The notes under the pieces are model-generated. The model made no database searches and was not told the origin of the DNA. It was given only the letters and a program-made list of their open reading frames with translations. From NCBI GenBank assembly GCA_026025795.1, contig JAPEUG010000161.1, positions 1-35,292 on the forward strand: a stretch of 35,292 nt of DNA. The letters are read 5' to 3'. Of this stretch, positions 12,560 to 25,485 are shown piece after piece (position 1 is the first letter of the stretch; each line of letters opens with the position of its first letter). Source of the DNA: Thelocarpon superellum. Lineage: Eukaryota. The position numbers and the translations under genes are program-made.

Positions 12560-13481
12560 TCTGTTCTCTACCAACTTTATCAAGGGCAAGTCATCGTGGG
12601 CGAATGGCAGTAATCAAGGCGTGCGGAGGAAGGCGGAGGAGAAGTTGCCGGACGGGGGAAGCAATCGCATGGATAGCATAACTTCAGTCAGGGATATTCT
12701 GTGTGTGGAGGTCTTATGTCGTGGAATCCCAGTCCGTGAGGGAGACTAGATGTGTCCAACATGCTCTCCTTTCCAAGTAGTCCGTAAGCAGTCTTTCGAA
12801 TACTATACTGCTTAGGCACTTGGAAAAGAGTCCTTGAAACATTCTGTGCAGACATCATACTAGTGCTAGCAGCTTCGCCTCTTCTGCATCAGGTCCGCGT
12901 CAAAGTAGCATGAATGCGTATCCGGCGCTTGGCCAAGGTGCTACAAGCATGACACCATGCAAGTACTCGTGCCCGCGGGCGAGACGCGTGTTGCGGAGCC
13001 GAGCCGGTTGATTAAGGAGTTTCCCGGGCATTCGAGATTAGTCAGTAGGTGTTCGGTCCGATCACTGGGCACGGGATTCGCCGTGCGCCCTCGCAAATGG
13101 CCCCAGCTCCACGGCGAAGCACGATCGCGTCGATGAGTGCCCGAGACGACTGTCCATCAGAAGGTGCAAGTGCTACCTTCCGTCTTGTCTGCGTATTCAA
13201 CCCCTTGAACCCCTTTCCACCTTCTTTGATCGTTTGGCATCTATGGTGATGCCTACTCTGGCATGAGCACGCGCAAGTAACGCAAAACAACCACATCGGA
13301 AGCTCCGTGCGAATGCCCCTAACGCTGGCGGGGTCGCCATCCTAAGCCTGCGCAGCCCCCAGGTTTCCGATCAATACCGCGTACACGGATCTGTTCGACG
13401 CGAAGATTACATACTCTTTGCTTCAGTGGCCGGTGGTGGCGACTTCCCTTCGAAGGGCCACGGTGGATCTCAGCTGTCATC

Positions 13482-16400
13482 ATGGCGAGTGCGGCAGCAT
13501 CCAGTCTCCTCAGCCGAGGAAGCTCGAGCAATCAGTCTTCAATGCGGGGTACGTCGAGGGTTGGCATGGTATCGAGTGATGATAAATCCGTGAGCTGAAT
13601 GATCATTAGGGTTGGTGCAATTCATCGCGGATCTGAGGAACGCACGCGCACGAGAACTCGAGGAAAAGCGGATCAACAAGGAGCTAGCCAACATTCGGTC
13701 AGTCCCCTTTGATGCATCGATGAGTATCAAGCTGACCAGAATCTTTCCATAGGCAAAAGTTCAAAGGCAGGTGACATGATAAAGAGAGAGACAAGGAATG
13801 CCAACTGACCAGCGCACGCAGATGGGAATCTTAGCGGCTATCACAAGAAGAAATACGTGTGCAAAGTAAGGTCACGATCTGCCACTGCACTCCTCCCGAC
13901 GGGACTGACTTGCCGAGTCCAGCTCCTTTATATCTATATTCTAGGATGGAACGTGGACTTTGGTCACCTCGAGGCCGTCAACTTGATCTCGGCGACCAAA
14001 TACTCCGAGAAGCAGATCGGCTATCTCGCTGTCACCTTGTTCCTCCATGAACAGCATGAGCTACTCCACTTGGTTGTCAACAGTATCCGAAAAGACCTGT
14101 TGGACCATAGCGAGCTTAACAATTGCCTCGCCCTACATGCCATCGCCAACGTGGGGGGGAGAGAGATGGGAGAGGCATTAAGCGCGGATGTGCACCGACT
14201 GCTGATCTCGCCGTACGTCACTGGCGACCCTGAGCATCCATGACAGTCAGATCCAAGGAAGATATGCTGATGAGAATGTAGGACGTCAAAGCCATTCGTG
14301 AAGAAGAAGGCGGCGCTGACGCTGCTCCGCATCTACCGCAAGAATCCCAGCATCGTTCAACAAGAATGGGCGGAACGCATCATCTCCCTCATGGATGATC
14401 CCGACATGGGTGTCACTCTGTCGGTGACCTCCCTCATCATGGCGCTAGTACAAGACGACCCAGATCAGTACAAAGGCAGTTATGTCAAGGCGGCGCATCG
14501 ATTGAAGAAGATCGTCGTGGATAATGAGATCGAAGCTGACTACCTCTACTACAACGTGCCGTGTCCCTGGATCCAGGTCAAGTTGATCCGGCTACTCCAA
14601 TACTATCCCCCATCAGGTACGTAGTCGTCGTCCCCAACGCGGATGTTAGCAGGATATCGCTGACGCACGTACTCCGCAGAGGATACGCATGTGCGTGACC
14701 TGATCCGACGGGCGCTCCGAAAGATCCTCGATGCAGCTTTGGAGGTGCCGAAAAACGTGCAGCAGAACAACGCCCAGAATGCCGTCTTGTTCGAAGCAAT
14801 CAATCTAATCATCCACCTGGATACGGAGCACGATCTCATGGTGCAGATCTCATCCAAGCTGGGCAAATTCATCCAGTCCAAAGAGACCAACGTGCGCTAC
14901 CTAGGCCTGGAGGCGATGACGCATCTCGCGGCACGGGCGGAGACGCTGGATCCGATCAAACGACATCAGGCCATCATCATCGGCTCGTTGCGGGACCGTG
15001 ACATCAGCGTGCGACGGAAGGGCTTGGATCTCCTGTATAGCATGTGCGACCCGTCGAACTCACAACCGATTGTGACGGAACTGCTCAAGTACCTTCAGAG
15101 CGCCGACTTTGCCATCCGCGAGGAGATGGTCCTGAAGATTGCCATCTTGACCGAGAAATACGCCACCGACATCCAGTGGTACGTGGACATCTCGCTGCGG
15201 CTGATCTCAATGGCGGGTGACCACGTGAGCGACGAGGTCTGGCAACGCGTCATCCAGATCGTGACAAACAACGAAGAGCTCCAGGTGTACGCCGCTCAAA
15301 ACACGCTCCAATACGTCAAGGCCGACCACTGCCACGAGACGCTAGTGAAGATTGGCGGTTACATCTTGGGCGAGTTTGGACATCTGATCGCCGACCATCC
15401 TGGCTGCAGCCCCATTGAGCAGTTCCTAGCGCTGCAATCGAAGCTGTCGGGCTGTTCCTCTAGCACACGCGCCATCCTCCTGTCGTCCTTCATCAAGTTT
15501 GTCAACCTCTTTCCCGAGATCAAGCCACATCTGCTACGAATCTTCAGCGCGTATAGCCACACACTGGACTCTGAGCTCCAGCAACGGGCGTGTGAGTATC
15601 TAGCGCTCGCGACCATGGAGACGGACGACCTCCTCCGCACCGTCTGTGACGAGATGCCGCCATTCCCAGAGCGTGCATCGGCACTCCTCTCACGCCTCCA
15701 CCAGAAGCACGCAGGTGCGGGCGACAAGCGAACGTGGGTGATTGGCGGCAAAGACGCCAACGCCGACCAGAACGAGTTCAACCTAGTGATGAATACTGGG
15801 CTCAAGCGATCCTTCACCACGAATGGCATGACATCGCGGGTCAATGGCCGGATGCGCGGCGCGGACGGGGCCAGCAACGGTGGCAGTACGAATGTGAGCG
15901 GGACGGGCCTGAGCGAGCTCGCCGGCCTCGATATGAAGAACGGAAATGGGACGGAGGAGGCAAAACCGGCCAAGACGCCCAATCTTGCGAGCGCGGCGCA
16001 CCTCAGTCCAGACTGGCAGGTTGGGTACAACCGGCTCCTGCTGCGGGCGGAAGGAGTGCTATATGAGGATGCGCAGATGCAAGTGGGGTTGCGGTCGGAA
16101 TATCGCGGACAGATGGGGTGTGTCATCCTCTACTTCACCAACAAATCCTCCTCGGCCATCGGTTCATTCACAACGACGCTGGACAATCGCTGGCCAGAGC
16201 AACTGCGAATTGACACGAAGAATCTGCCGGAGCCGACCATCAAGCCTGAGGGGCAAAGCCAGCAGATGATTATGTTCGAAGCGCGCCGCGTCTTTGCCGA
16301 TCCGCCCACAATCCGTGTCTCATACTTGGCGGGAGCTCTGCAGGCCATCACGCTTCAGCTGCCGGTGGTGATCCACAAATTCATGGACGCAGCCGACCTG

Positions 16401-16852
16401 AGCGCCGACGACTTCTTCAAGCGGTGGAAACAGATTGGCGGGGTGCCCCGGGAAGCGCAGCGAGTGTTTGGATTGGCCCAGCGCAGCCGCACCATGGACG
16501 CCAGCTTCACACGCAAGACGGTGGAGGGCTTCAAGTGGGGCATCCTGGACCGTGTGGATCCCAACTCGAAGAACCTCGTTGGCGCCACTGTGCTTCACAC
16601 GAGCGAGGGCGGCAAGTTTGGGTGTCTGTTGCGGTTGGAGCCCAACTACGAGACCCAGGTACGTTTTCACACTACTGCACGACCGCGCTCGTCTTGGGTT
16701 CGAATATCATCTCTGATGCTGATGACCACCTGCAGATGTACCGACTGACCATCCGCGCGACGGATGAGTCGGTACCCGAGACGCTGATGAAATTGATGGA
16801 GGAGCGGCTGACACTGGGCATGCCCGCTGACGCTTTGTCGAACGGGCGATGA
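13482..16852 (+). CDS. APL3: AP-2 adaptor complex alpha subunit (about 977 aa)
   Basis: Exons 13482-13548, 13610-13697, 13753-13766, 13822-13865, 13923-14212, 14282-14616, 14680-16658, 16736-16852. Contains MRGLVQFIADLRN, RINKELANIRQKFK, YHKKKYVCKLLYIYILG, EKQIGYLA, ELQQRACEY, and an ear/platform domain ending YRLTIR. Confidence 0.97.
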
Positions 16853-17127
16853 CGGCGAGTCATGGGATGAAGTATATCGGGCGTAAGCGTCATTGCGGGA
16901 GTTTGCCCAACAGGGCGTGGCTGGTCCCCACGGAATCTCGTCTTCAATGGGTCGTAGCGGGGCGAAGTGCACAGGGGATCATCATCCACGCAGGATATGA
17001 AAATTTGTTCTCATTCGTTGGGCGGAGAGCCGGAGCATGGGAGCTTTCATGAAGCATCGACTAGGTATGAGTTACGCCACGTTGCGTGCCTTTATATAAT
17101 ACATTATCATCCCTGGCTCACTCCTCC

Positions 17128-18020
17128 CTAGATCTGCGCCTCATTTCGCGGTGGCCGGGTACCGAATATGGTACTTCCAATGCGGACCTCATCACTGCCA
17201 GCTTTGATGGCACTCTCGTAATCATCACTCATCCCCATGCTCAGCTCCAGGTCGGCGCTAGAGAGATGCAGGTCCCGCGCGACCGCGTCACGGACTTCAC
17301 GCAAGCACTCGAAATCTTCATTGACGGTCTCGGCGGTGCTGGCCTGGGAGCGCGCGATGGCACCGATGGTCATCAGGCCCTGGAGATGCAGGGCCGGGCA
17401 TGCCGTCCGGACATGCGCGCACAGCTGGCTAGCTTCGCTGGGCGCCACGCCCGACTTGGACTCCTCGCCCGAGGTATTGACCTGGACGTGTATCCGTAGT
17501 GGGGCCGGGGCGTGGTCGTCCGGCGACGAGGCTTGCGATTCCTCCACCAGCTTGGCCCGTCCTTTGTTGAGGGCGTCCGCTTTCTTGGCCGTGTCAACGC
17601 TGGAGACCAGGAAGAGGTTGGGGATCTGGGACAGCGATGCACATTTGTTCGTTTGCAGGGCGCCGATAAAGTGCCACGCTATGGAGGTGGGGAGCATCGA
17701 GGCCTTGGCCTGTAATTCCTGTAGATAATTCTCGCCGAAATGGATGTGTTGGTGAGGGGCCTGATGGAGGGCGAGAATGTCCGACGCCGGTTTCAATTTA
17801 GATACCGCAACCAGACGGACCTAGGGCAGCCCGTCGAGTCAGTTACACGTCTGGGACCTGTCAGGGAGGTGCGGGCCGGATCATGGTCGGTCCCTACCGG
17901 TCTGCCATTTGCCACTGCTTGAACTTGCCGGGTCACGCTGGAGAATGTCTCGAGCAGCTGCGTCATCCTGCCAGGACTAAGCTGCATCTCGTTCTCCTGG
18001 GCGGTCAAATCATTTCTCAT
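17128..18020 (-). CDS. PLPBP: Pyridoxal phosphate homeostasis protein (YggS/PROSC family, about 271 aa)
   Basis: Exons 18020-17898 and 17820-17128; an alternative start lies at 17987. Motifs RLVAVSK (PLP lysine), FGENYLQEL, WHFIGALQTNK, QVNTSGEESKSG, GLMTIG, LSMGMSDD, VRIGSTIFG. Confidence 0.95.
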
Positions 18021-20323
18021 GACTGACGATGATGTCGTCCTACGTTGACGCAATGCAAATTTCTACTTTGCGAATGCCCAGAACCTATCAGGTTTAGTCG
18101 TCCTTGAAGCATTCTCGCAAGTGCGGGGACTTTTGGGGAATTTCGCTTGGCGCTAGGGCGTCATCATCGGCTGCGTGAAGGACAACGGCGGCATCGGACA
18201 GGCCGTGGTTAGGTCTGGACAGCGTCAGGAGAAGTCTACAGCCTCTCCTCTGCTTTTGGAATGCACTCGGTCTTATGTTCTCTCTCACGCCGGAAGGTTG
18301 TCTACGCCTAGCCGTGGAGCTTGCAGCAGATTCGTTGTACTCACAATCTTCGCTTTGCTCGACCACGAATGGAGGGATCGGTTTGCCCACTAAATTTGAA
18401 CGTGCCACCATGATTTCCTCCACGGCCCCCTTTCACCCGCCCTGTCCGTGATAGGTATCACAGGCGTCCACCCGCGTGTTTATGATGGTGTGATGGAATG
18501 ATGTGCCCGGCGGCACGATTGACACGCAGCGAGCAGAGCCTCATATTCCCGTTGGGGCTGGTCGTCTTTGGTGCAGAAGTATTTCTCGTCTCCGGGTGCC
18601 CCGCTGGGGGATCACGTTTCGGGTTGGCACTCTGCCCCTTCGCTGGAACGGAAACGCGAGGATGCTCGCGTGGAACAACGTCATTGACTCTGCCTCCACT
18701 TATCCGTTTCCATATCGGGGGATGGCGAGTTTGGAATCTAGATTATTATGGCTTCAGTGAGCTGTTGTGCTCAACTGATGTGCGGTATCCGTTAGTTTGG
18801 AGGCGGCCGGACTAAACGTCTGGTCGACCTCCACGGCCCGCATAAAACGCCCGTCGTTGCGCTGGTGGGTCCTTGGTACGTTGCTGCGCTACTTAGCCCG
18901 TGCCGAGCCAACCTTCCAGACTGCCAGGCGAAACACGGGGGCTCTTTGTGGGGGATTCTTCGGCTCGCTCATGGAATTCGCGTTTCATCATCGTCGCTTA
19001 CGGTCACGGAGTCGAGGTTCCAGTGGAGCGTCATTCGCGGATCAGAACATCACAACGTCAACGATCTGGATCAAGAGTCCTCGGGCACCGGGAGGGGTAA
19101 CGAGTAGCCCTATGAGTAATGCCCGGCGATGTGAAGTTCGCCACCGTCCACGCCCTCTTCCGCGTCATCCGATCATCGAGCAAGGCCGCGGCATGACGGC
19201 CATGGCATTGACACGCTCGACGCGATGCAAACCTAGATCCCATTCGTGCATGGCTGTTTGTCGAAGTGCTTGATCAAACCGGGCCACCGGTCGCGATGCG
19301 CATCACTGCTCCATCGTCCACCGTCGTGGCCCAGCCCGTGACCGGATCAGGGGTGAGCCCGAGCACACATAGCTGTGCTTCGGCGGTGTCAGTGGGCAGC
19401 GGGCTTAGGCACTAAGCGACGCCACCGATATGCTCGCTTGGAAGCGAGCCAGTGCCGTTGATGTCAGTCGTCCCCAAGTAGAGGGCCCTTGGACGCCAAC
19501 AACACCCAGCGTTTCAGGCCGGGGGGGCCCTTGCATCAGTGCGGCGTGCGGTCCTGCAGGTCCAAGAGTTGCACCGCCTTTCGCAGGGATGTGGCGTCCA
19601 AAAGGATTATGTGCCGTCACGCTGTCCGTAGATGGAGTATGGTAATCGAGAGCTCGTCGTACGGAGGATGGCGCCTCGATTGGTTGTGGCAAAGACGAGG
19701 TCGAATGGTGCAAGCTCGCCCACCCCCTCCGCCTCTCTCTTACACACCCCCGCGTCCTCGTTCCACTTCGACAGTGCTTCCGTACCTTTTCTTCGTGCCG
19801 CTCCTCGTGTCGCTCCTCGTGCTTGCTGATCGTCATCGTCTGTCCCTAACCGTCCAACTGAAGCCACTCCCAGACACGTCGAATTTCCCGTTTGGTCTCG
19901 CGCCCTCGTCGCAACCTCCACACTCGTTTCGCTTTTCACCCTCAGCGTCCTTCTCTTCTCGCCCGACCAGTCACGCTCGCTTCAACTTTTCAAGACTCTC
20001 CACGACTCCCTCGGACAGTCCTTGGTCCACGGTTGCGGCACTGGTCGACCCCAATACCGTTGTCGTGGTCGTCACCCTCGCTGAGCCCGACCGCCGAACC
20101 CTCCAGGGCCTGATCGTGGACAGCTCATCATTGCGACCGTCGACTCTTCTTTCGTGCACGATCACTTCCAAGGCTGGTCCTTTGGTTTCCTTCCACCCTC
20201 ACCGCATCAGCCTGCTCACACCGGCGGCCGTGCCGCGAACCCTCATTGCCGTTGCTGGTATATCGGGCTCCATCCGTCACGGCAGCGTCCGTCGTCCGGC
20301 TTCGAACGAGATCACGTTCAAAG

Positions 20324-23300
20324 ATGGCACCTAACGACGTCACGGTCGATATCCCCTTGAACAACGTCCGTCACAACGGTAGTCCCGAGCCCCCCAAGGG
20401 CAGCTTCTCGTCGACCACCAACCCCTCCGACCGCTCGGAACAATCAGGCTATGAGCAGTATGTGGAGAATGAAAAGCAGGGGCTCTTTCGTCGCCAGAAC
20501 ACCGCCCACAATGGAAAGCGGCGGGTCGCGAAGGAAGTCACCAAGGAAGGGCGGAAAGTAAAGCGTGGCGCTGACGGCGAGGAACAAGTCATGACCCGCA
20601 TGGGTCAGTTCTACGACCGCATCCTCAACTTCTCGCTCGTCACTCGCTACTTCATCTACGTCCTACCCCTGGCCCTCGCCATCGCCGTACCCATCGTCAT
20701 CGGCGCCACTGCCGCCCCCCGCGCTTTGATTGGCGGCGTCCGAATCGTCTGGTTCTTTACCTGGATTGAGATCATCTGGTTGAGTCTCTGGGTGTCCAAG
20801 TTGTTCGCCCGCACCACCCCCTACATCTTCCAATTTCTCTGCGGTATCGTGAGCTCTGGCACACGCAAATATGCCACGGTTCTGGAAGAGTTGGAGATTC
20901 CCATGTCGCTCGTGGGCTGGGCCCTGGCGTCCTGGGCCACCTTCATCCCCATGATGACCTGCAACCCCACTCAACGGGCCCAGATCGACAAGGGCGCCAC
21001 CTGTGCGCCGCAGCAAGAATGGGAGGGTACCCTCAGCAACGTCCTGGCCGCTTTCCTCGTCGCCTCCTTGGTCTTCCTAACCGAGAAGTTCCTCATCCAA
21101 CTCATTTCCATCAGTTATCATCGGAAGCAGTTCGACCTCAAGATCAAGACCTCGAAGCATCACGTCCATCTGCTGAGCTTACTGTACGAAGCCTCGCGCG
21201 CCATGTTCCCAGCCTATTGCAATGACTTTGCCGAGGAGGACTACATCATCAACGACTCTTTGAATGTGGGACATGCCGACCACAATTCGCCCTTTCATCG
21301 CTCGGGCGCCGCTACGCCGATGAAGCTGGTGCGGAATATCGGGCGCATGGGGGACAAGCTCACCTCGGCATTTGGAAACGTGGCCCAAGAGATCACGGGC
21401 AAGGAGGTCTTCAATCCCAACGCCGCGCACTCTATCGTCGTAGAGGCTTTGGAGCGTCATGCCTCGTCCGAAGCGCTGGCCAAGCGCCTATGGATGTCCT
21501 TTGTCGTGGAAGGCAAAGAAGCCCTCTTCCGTGAGGATATGATCGAGGTGCTCGGTGCTGGTCACTCGGACGAAGCTCAGGAGGCGTTCGATGCCATTGA
21601 TGCCGACAGCAACGGCGACATCAGCCTAGACGAGATGATTGCCGCGGTGGTCCAGTTTAGTCGGGAGCGATATGCCATCGCCAACAGCGTGCACGACGTC
21701 GATCAGGCAATCAAGGTCCTAGACAACCTGCTCTGCGTCGTCGTCCTCATCATTGTCATCCTGGTCTTTGTGGGCTTCCTGAATGCCTCCTTTACCACTA
21801 CCCTCGCCACCGCAGGCACTGCCCTGTTGTCCATGTCCTTCGTCTTTGCGAGCACGGCCGCCGAGGTGCTCGGGTCTTGCATCTTCCTCTTCGTCAAACA
21901 TCCCTACGACGTGGGAGACCGAGTCGACATCACCAAGGAGCAACTCACCGTCGAGCACATCTCGCTCCTCTTCACCGTCTTCAAGCGCGTGGACAACCAC
22001 AAGATCGTACAGATCCCCAACACCGTCCTGAACCAGAATTGGATTGAGAACATCTCCCGCTCCAAGGCGATGCGCGAATATGTCAGCATGTTCATCCACT
22101 TTGACACCACGTTTGAGGACATTCAACTATTGAAGCGAGAGATGTACGCCTTCGTCACGAGCAAAGAGCACAATCGAGACTTCCAGCCCGACATCGATGT
22201 CGAGGTGGTAGGCATTGCTGAGATGAACAAGCTCGAGCTGCGCGTGGAGATCCGACATAAGGTGAGCACGGCCGATGGGTCCAGCCGCGGACATGACTAA
22301 CGTGGGACGATAGTCCAACTGGTCCAACGAGACCCTGCGGGCGATGCGACGATCCAAGTTCATGTGCGCCCTAGTCCTGGCGCTTCGCAAGATCCCCATC
22401 TACGCACCTGGCGGCGGTGATGCGGCCCTTGGCGACATGGCCAAGGCCACGTACTCCGTGTCGATTAGCGACGACGAAGCCAAGGCACGACGAGAGGAGT
22501 TTGCGGCGAAGAAGGAGGCGAAGCGACTGGTCCCTCTCACGAAGACGGCGCCGGCGATCGCACCTCAGGCAGACGTTGGCAAGCCGCTGACGGCGGAGTT
22601 CCTCACCCAAACGTCTAGCCTTCCTACAGATCTCGAGGAGACGCGCCCTTCGACTGCAGGGGCGTCTGAGAGGACCGCAGTGGATTCGCTGACCACGAAA
22701 CCGCGGGGCACCGACTCCGTCCGGGATGATTGGGCCGCGTATCGCGATCAATTCGGCTCCATCGGCCAGGCGGCGGGCAAACGCAGCTTGGAAGAGCCTC
22801 GGGAGAGCTTGCAGCTAGAGGAGGTCAAAGGCATGCTATCGCGAGAATCAAGTCGTGGCAAGAGGAAAGCGAGCGCGCCGCCAACTCCTGTCAAATCACA
22901 TGCGGTCCCGGCAGGTGGATTGGAGCGACCGCGGCTCCCCCGCATTGATTCTGCCTCGACCTACGCCTCAACGGCACATCACTCCAACATCCCTATCCAG
23001 CTTGAGCACGGGGTCGGATCGTCGCCCATCACTCCGTCGGAGATGAACGCGAATCGAGCACGCGTGACATATTCGAGCGTGGCCTCTCCCTCCCAGTATC
23101 ACCTCAATAGTCCCGCGGGCGTCCCGAGCCAACCACCACCACCACCGCCCCTTCCTCCTGTCCCAGCGGTCACGCCGCGGATGCAGCAGCCCTATCCACC
23201 GGCCGGTCGACCGTTCCAAGGGAATGCCTTCGCGTTGACCCAACATCCGGTGCAGCCAGGCTCCGCCCAACGATCCCCACCGCTCCCATTGCCGCCATCG

Positions 23301-23474
23301 GAGCCATCGCTCCCGCCTCAATCACAGTCACCGCCTCGACCACAAGCACCACAGGCACAGGCGCCAGAAGGATCCCCTCCCCAAATCCAATATACCCATC
23401 CCCACGTCCGACAGCCAGGCGCCGCAGCAACGCGTCGGCCGGTGAATGGCTCCACATGGCAGAATCGACCGTGA
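20324..23474 (+). CDS. MscS-like mechanosensitive channel with EF-hand (Msy1/Msy2 type, about 1032 aa)
   Basis: Exons 20324-22261 and 22314-23474. Multiple TM segments, EF-hand DADSNGDISLDE, MscS core IFLFVKHPYDVGDRV...QIPN...IENISRS, HKSNWSNE...RRSKFMCAL, and a Pro-rich C-terminal tail. Confidence 0.93.
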
Positions 23475-25485
23475 ACGAGCTTGACGTGGCATGACGTGGA
23501 CGAGAAGGTGCCACTTCAGCGCTGGTTTTGATGTGTATTCTTCTTTCATCCACTTCACCTTGTTTGATGTACGTATTTTGGTTGATCGATCGTAAATTCC
23601 TGTCGAGAAGTTCCGGTGATTGAAAGACATCCGGTTCGAATTCAAGCTAGAAGGTAGCGTGCCGGATGAATAGATGCTGGGTGTGTATTGGAGAGAGATA
23701 GACTTGCGTGGGATGAACAGAATGGGAGCAGCAAAGGGGAGTTGCAATAGATTGACATGAATCCACGACCTACGTGATTCACTCACGTGCATACTTTTCA
23801 CATGGACGGTGCCGAAGTACGTAGGACGAAATGTTACTTGCACAAGGCGCCGGGTGCGCGCCAACACGAATCGCTATCGAAGGGGGCTGCGTCGGGAGAG
23901 GTACACCGTCCGGGGCAAAATCGGGCACCAAAGACAAACCGTCAGCCTTCAAAGCGACGCAAAAGCGCTACCGTCGAGAGAAAAGGTCACAGTTGGGGCC
24001 CTTTGCGATCCGAAAACTCGATTGAAAAACCAGCCCTACAGGGTAATGTGTCACACTCGGCTTCAAAAAGGTCCGATCATGAACATGAAGCGCGGCGATT
24101 ATGTGCGTCGTAGATAGCTTCTGGATGATTTAATATACAGAAGTGTGTGATAGAGTCTACGAATACGAGTGCGAGCAACGACGCCGCTTCATAGACTGCC
24201 GAAACCATTATTGGTACGCGCACGAGCGCTTCGATCTCCCTAGACGCCGTCTAGGCTGAAGCCGGGTTGGGTGAAGGGCCTGCAGTCCCAAATACGGGAA
24301 CGCGAGCGCGGAGTTATGGCTAGATTACCGACTGTTACCGACTATGTCGTACTTCCCGGGTCATGCCCCGTATTAACAAGAGGTCAAGCCCGGCTAGCTT
24401 CAGATCCGTCACAGGCGGCCGTCCATTCGGTTGGCCCGCTCCGGGGGTGTCACACGTTTGACCTTAGTCGCCCACCCTGCCACCAGACGAGAGGCCCGAA
24501 GCGCTGACGACAAGAAGAAAGCAACGCTCGTACTCGTACAACGTACCAAGATGGACTCAGGAGACACTAGGTGGCGTCAGGATGCGGTGGCCAGTGCGCC
24601 TTCAACTCAGCCCTCCGGCGACTGCGCGTTCCGGCGAGGGAGTCGTGCACGTCAGTATGGTAGTCGGGCCAGACGGAGCCCGCACTCGTCAGGGCCCGGC
24701 ATCTCCATATCCGACCGATAAGAGTCCCGCCCCGGCCGATCGGCTTCCTATCGTGCCAAATCATGCTTTGTCAGTAGCGGTGAAGGGGCGTCATCGAGCT
24801 CATGCCCGGGGCGACTTGCCTGGATCTGTCTTAGGCCGGACAGGCCGCGAGGATGATTTGACTGGTGCGAGGCGGGCAGCAGAAGTCTGTGCCAGCCGGG
24901 AGGTGCCGACACCAACGGATTTCTGGCCTGGACTTTTGCTGCCCGCCGCGGAATGAATCTGACTAGGTAAGCATGACTGCCACGCCACCACGCCACCCTA
25001 CCACGGCAACTAGGCCTGGTGGTTCGAGTAGGCCTCGTAGTCCACGGCAGGTAGGGAGTACGGGATACGGAGTACGGCCATCTTACTCGTAGCAAATCGT
25101 AGCCTTAGGCCCTGGCTGCGCCGTCCCCCAGTAGCCTAGGGTCTTGTACTTGTAGCGCAGCATACCACTTGCTTAAGTACGTGTACTCGTAGGTCAGAGG
25201 ACGCCGCAGCTTGAAAAAGGCACCGCGGCTTGGAACCAAGCGTGTCCGGGCTATTCACTACATCCACCTATCTAGTCCACCCCTCGCGCCTTCTGTTTCC
25301 ACTGTCAAGGTCACCTCATGGCCTCGACGCCGCGCCTCAACCTCCACGCTTTCGCTGGACTCATCCGAAGCTCTTCCATCGCCACGCTCACGCCATATAT
25401 GTAGTCGTCCCGGTCGCGTCCTCTTTGCTGGCCCGCCGCCCGTCTCTTCAGGCTTTCAGCCGACCAACCGACCGCCGCGCTCACC

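Noticed and set aside
15359..16126. 255-aa minus-strand ORF and many similar antisense ORFs
   Set aside because: They lie antisense to well-supported genes and contain no recognisable motifs.
18110..18140. AAAAGTCCCCG...GAGAA on the minus strand, resembling RNase MRP CR-I plus a GARAR loop
   Set aside because: I found no supporting P8 stem or matching CR-V, and the RNA would run into the PLPBP coding sequence.
18480..18780. Possible C/D box snoRNA (repeated TGATG, distal CTGA)
   Set aside because: There is no exact RTGATGA box C, terminal stem or recognisable rRNA guide.
23628..23650. GGTTCGAAT, a tRNA T-loop/B-box-like motif (similar at 25021)
   Set aside because: The flanks do not form a T-stem or cloverleaf.
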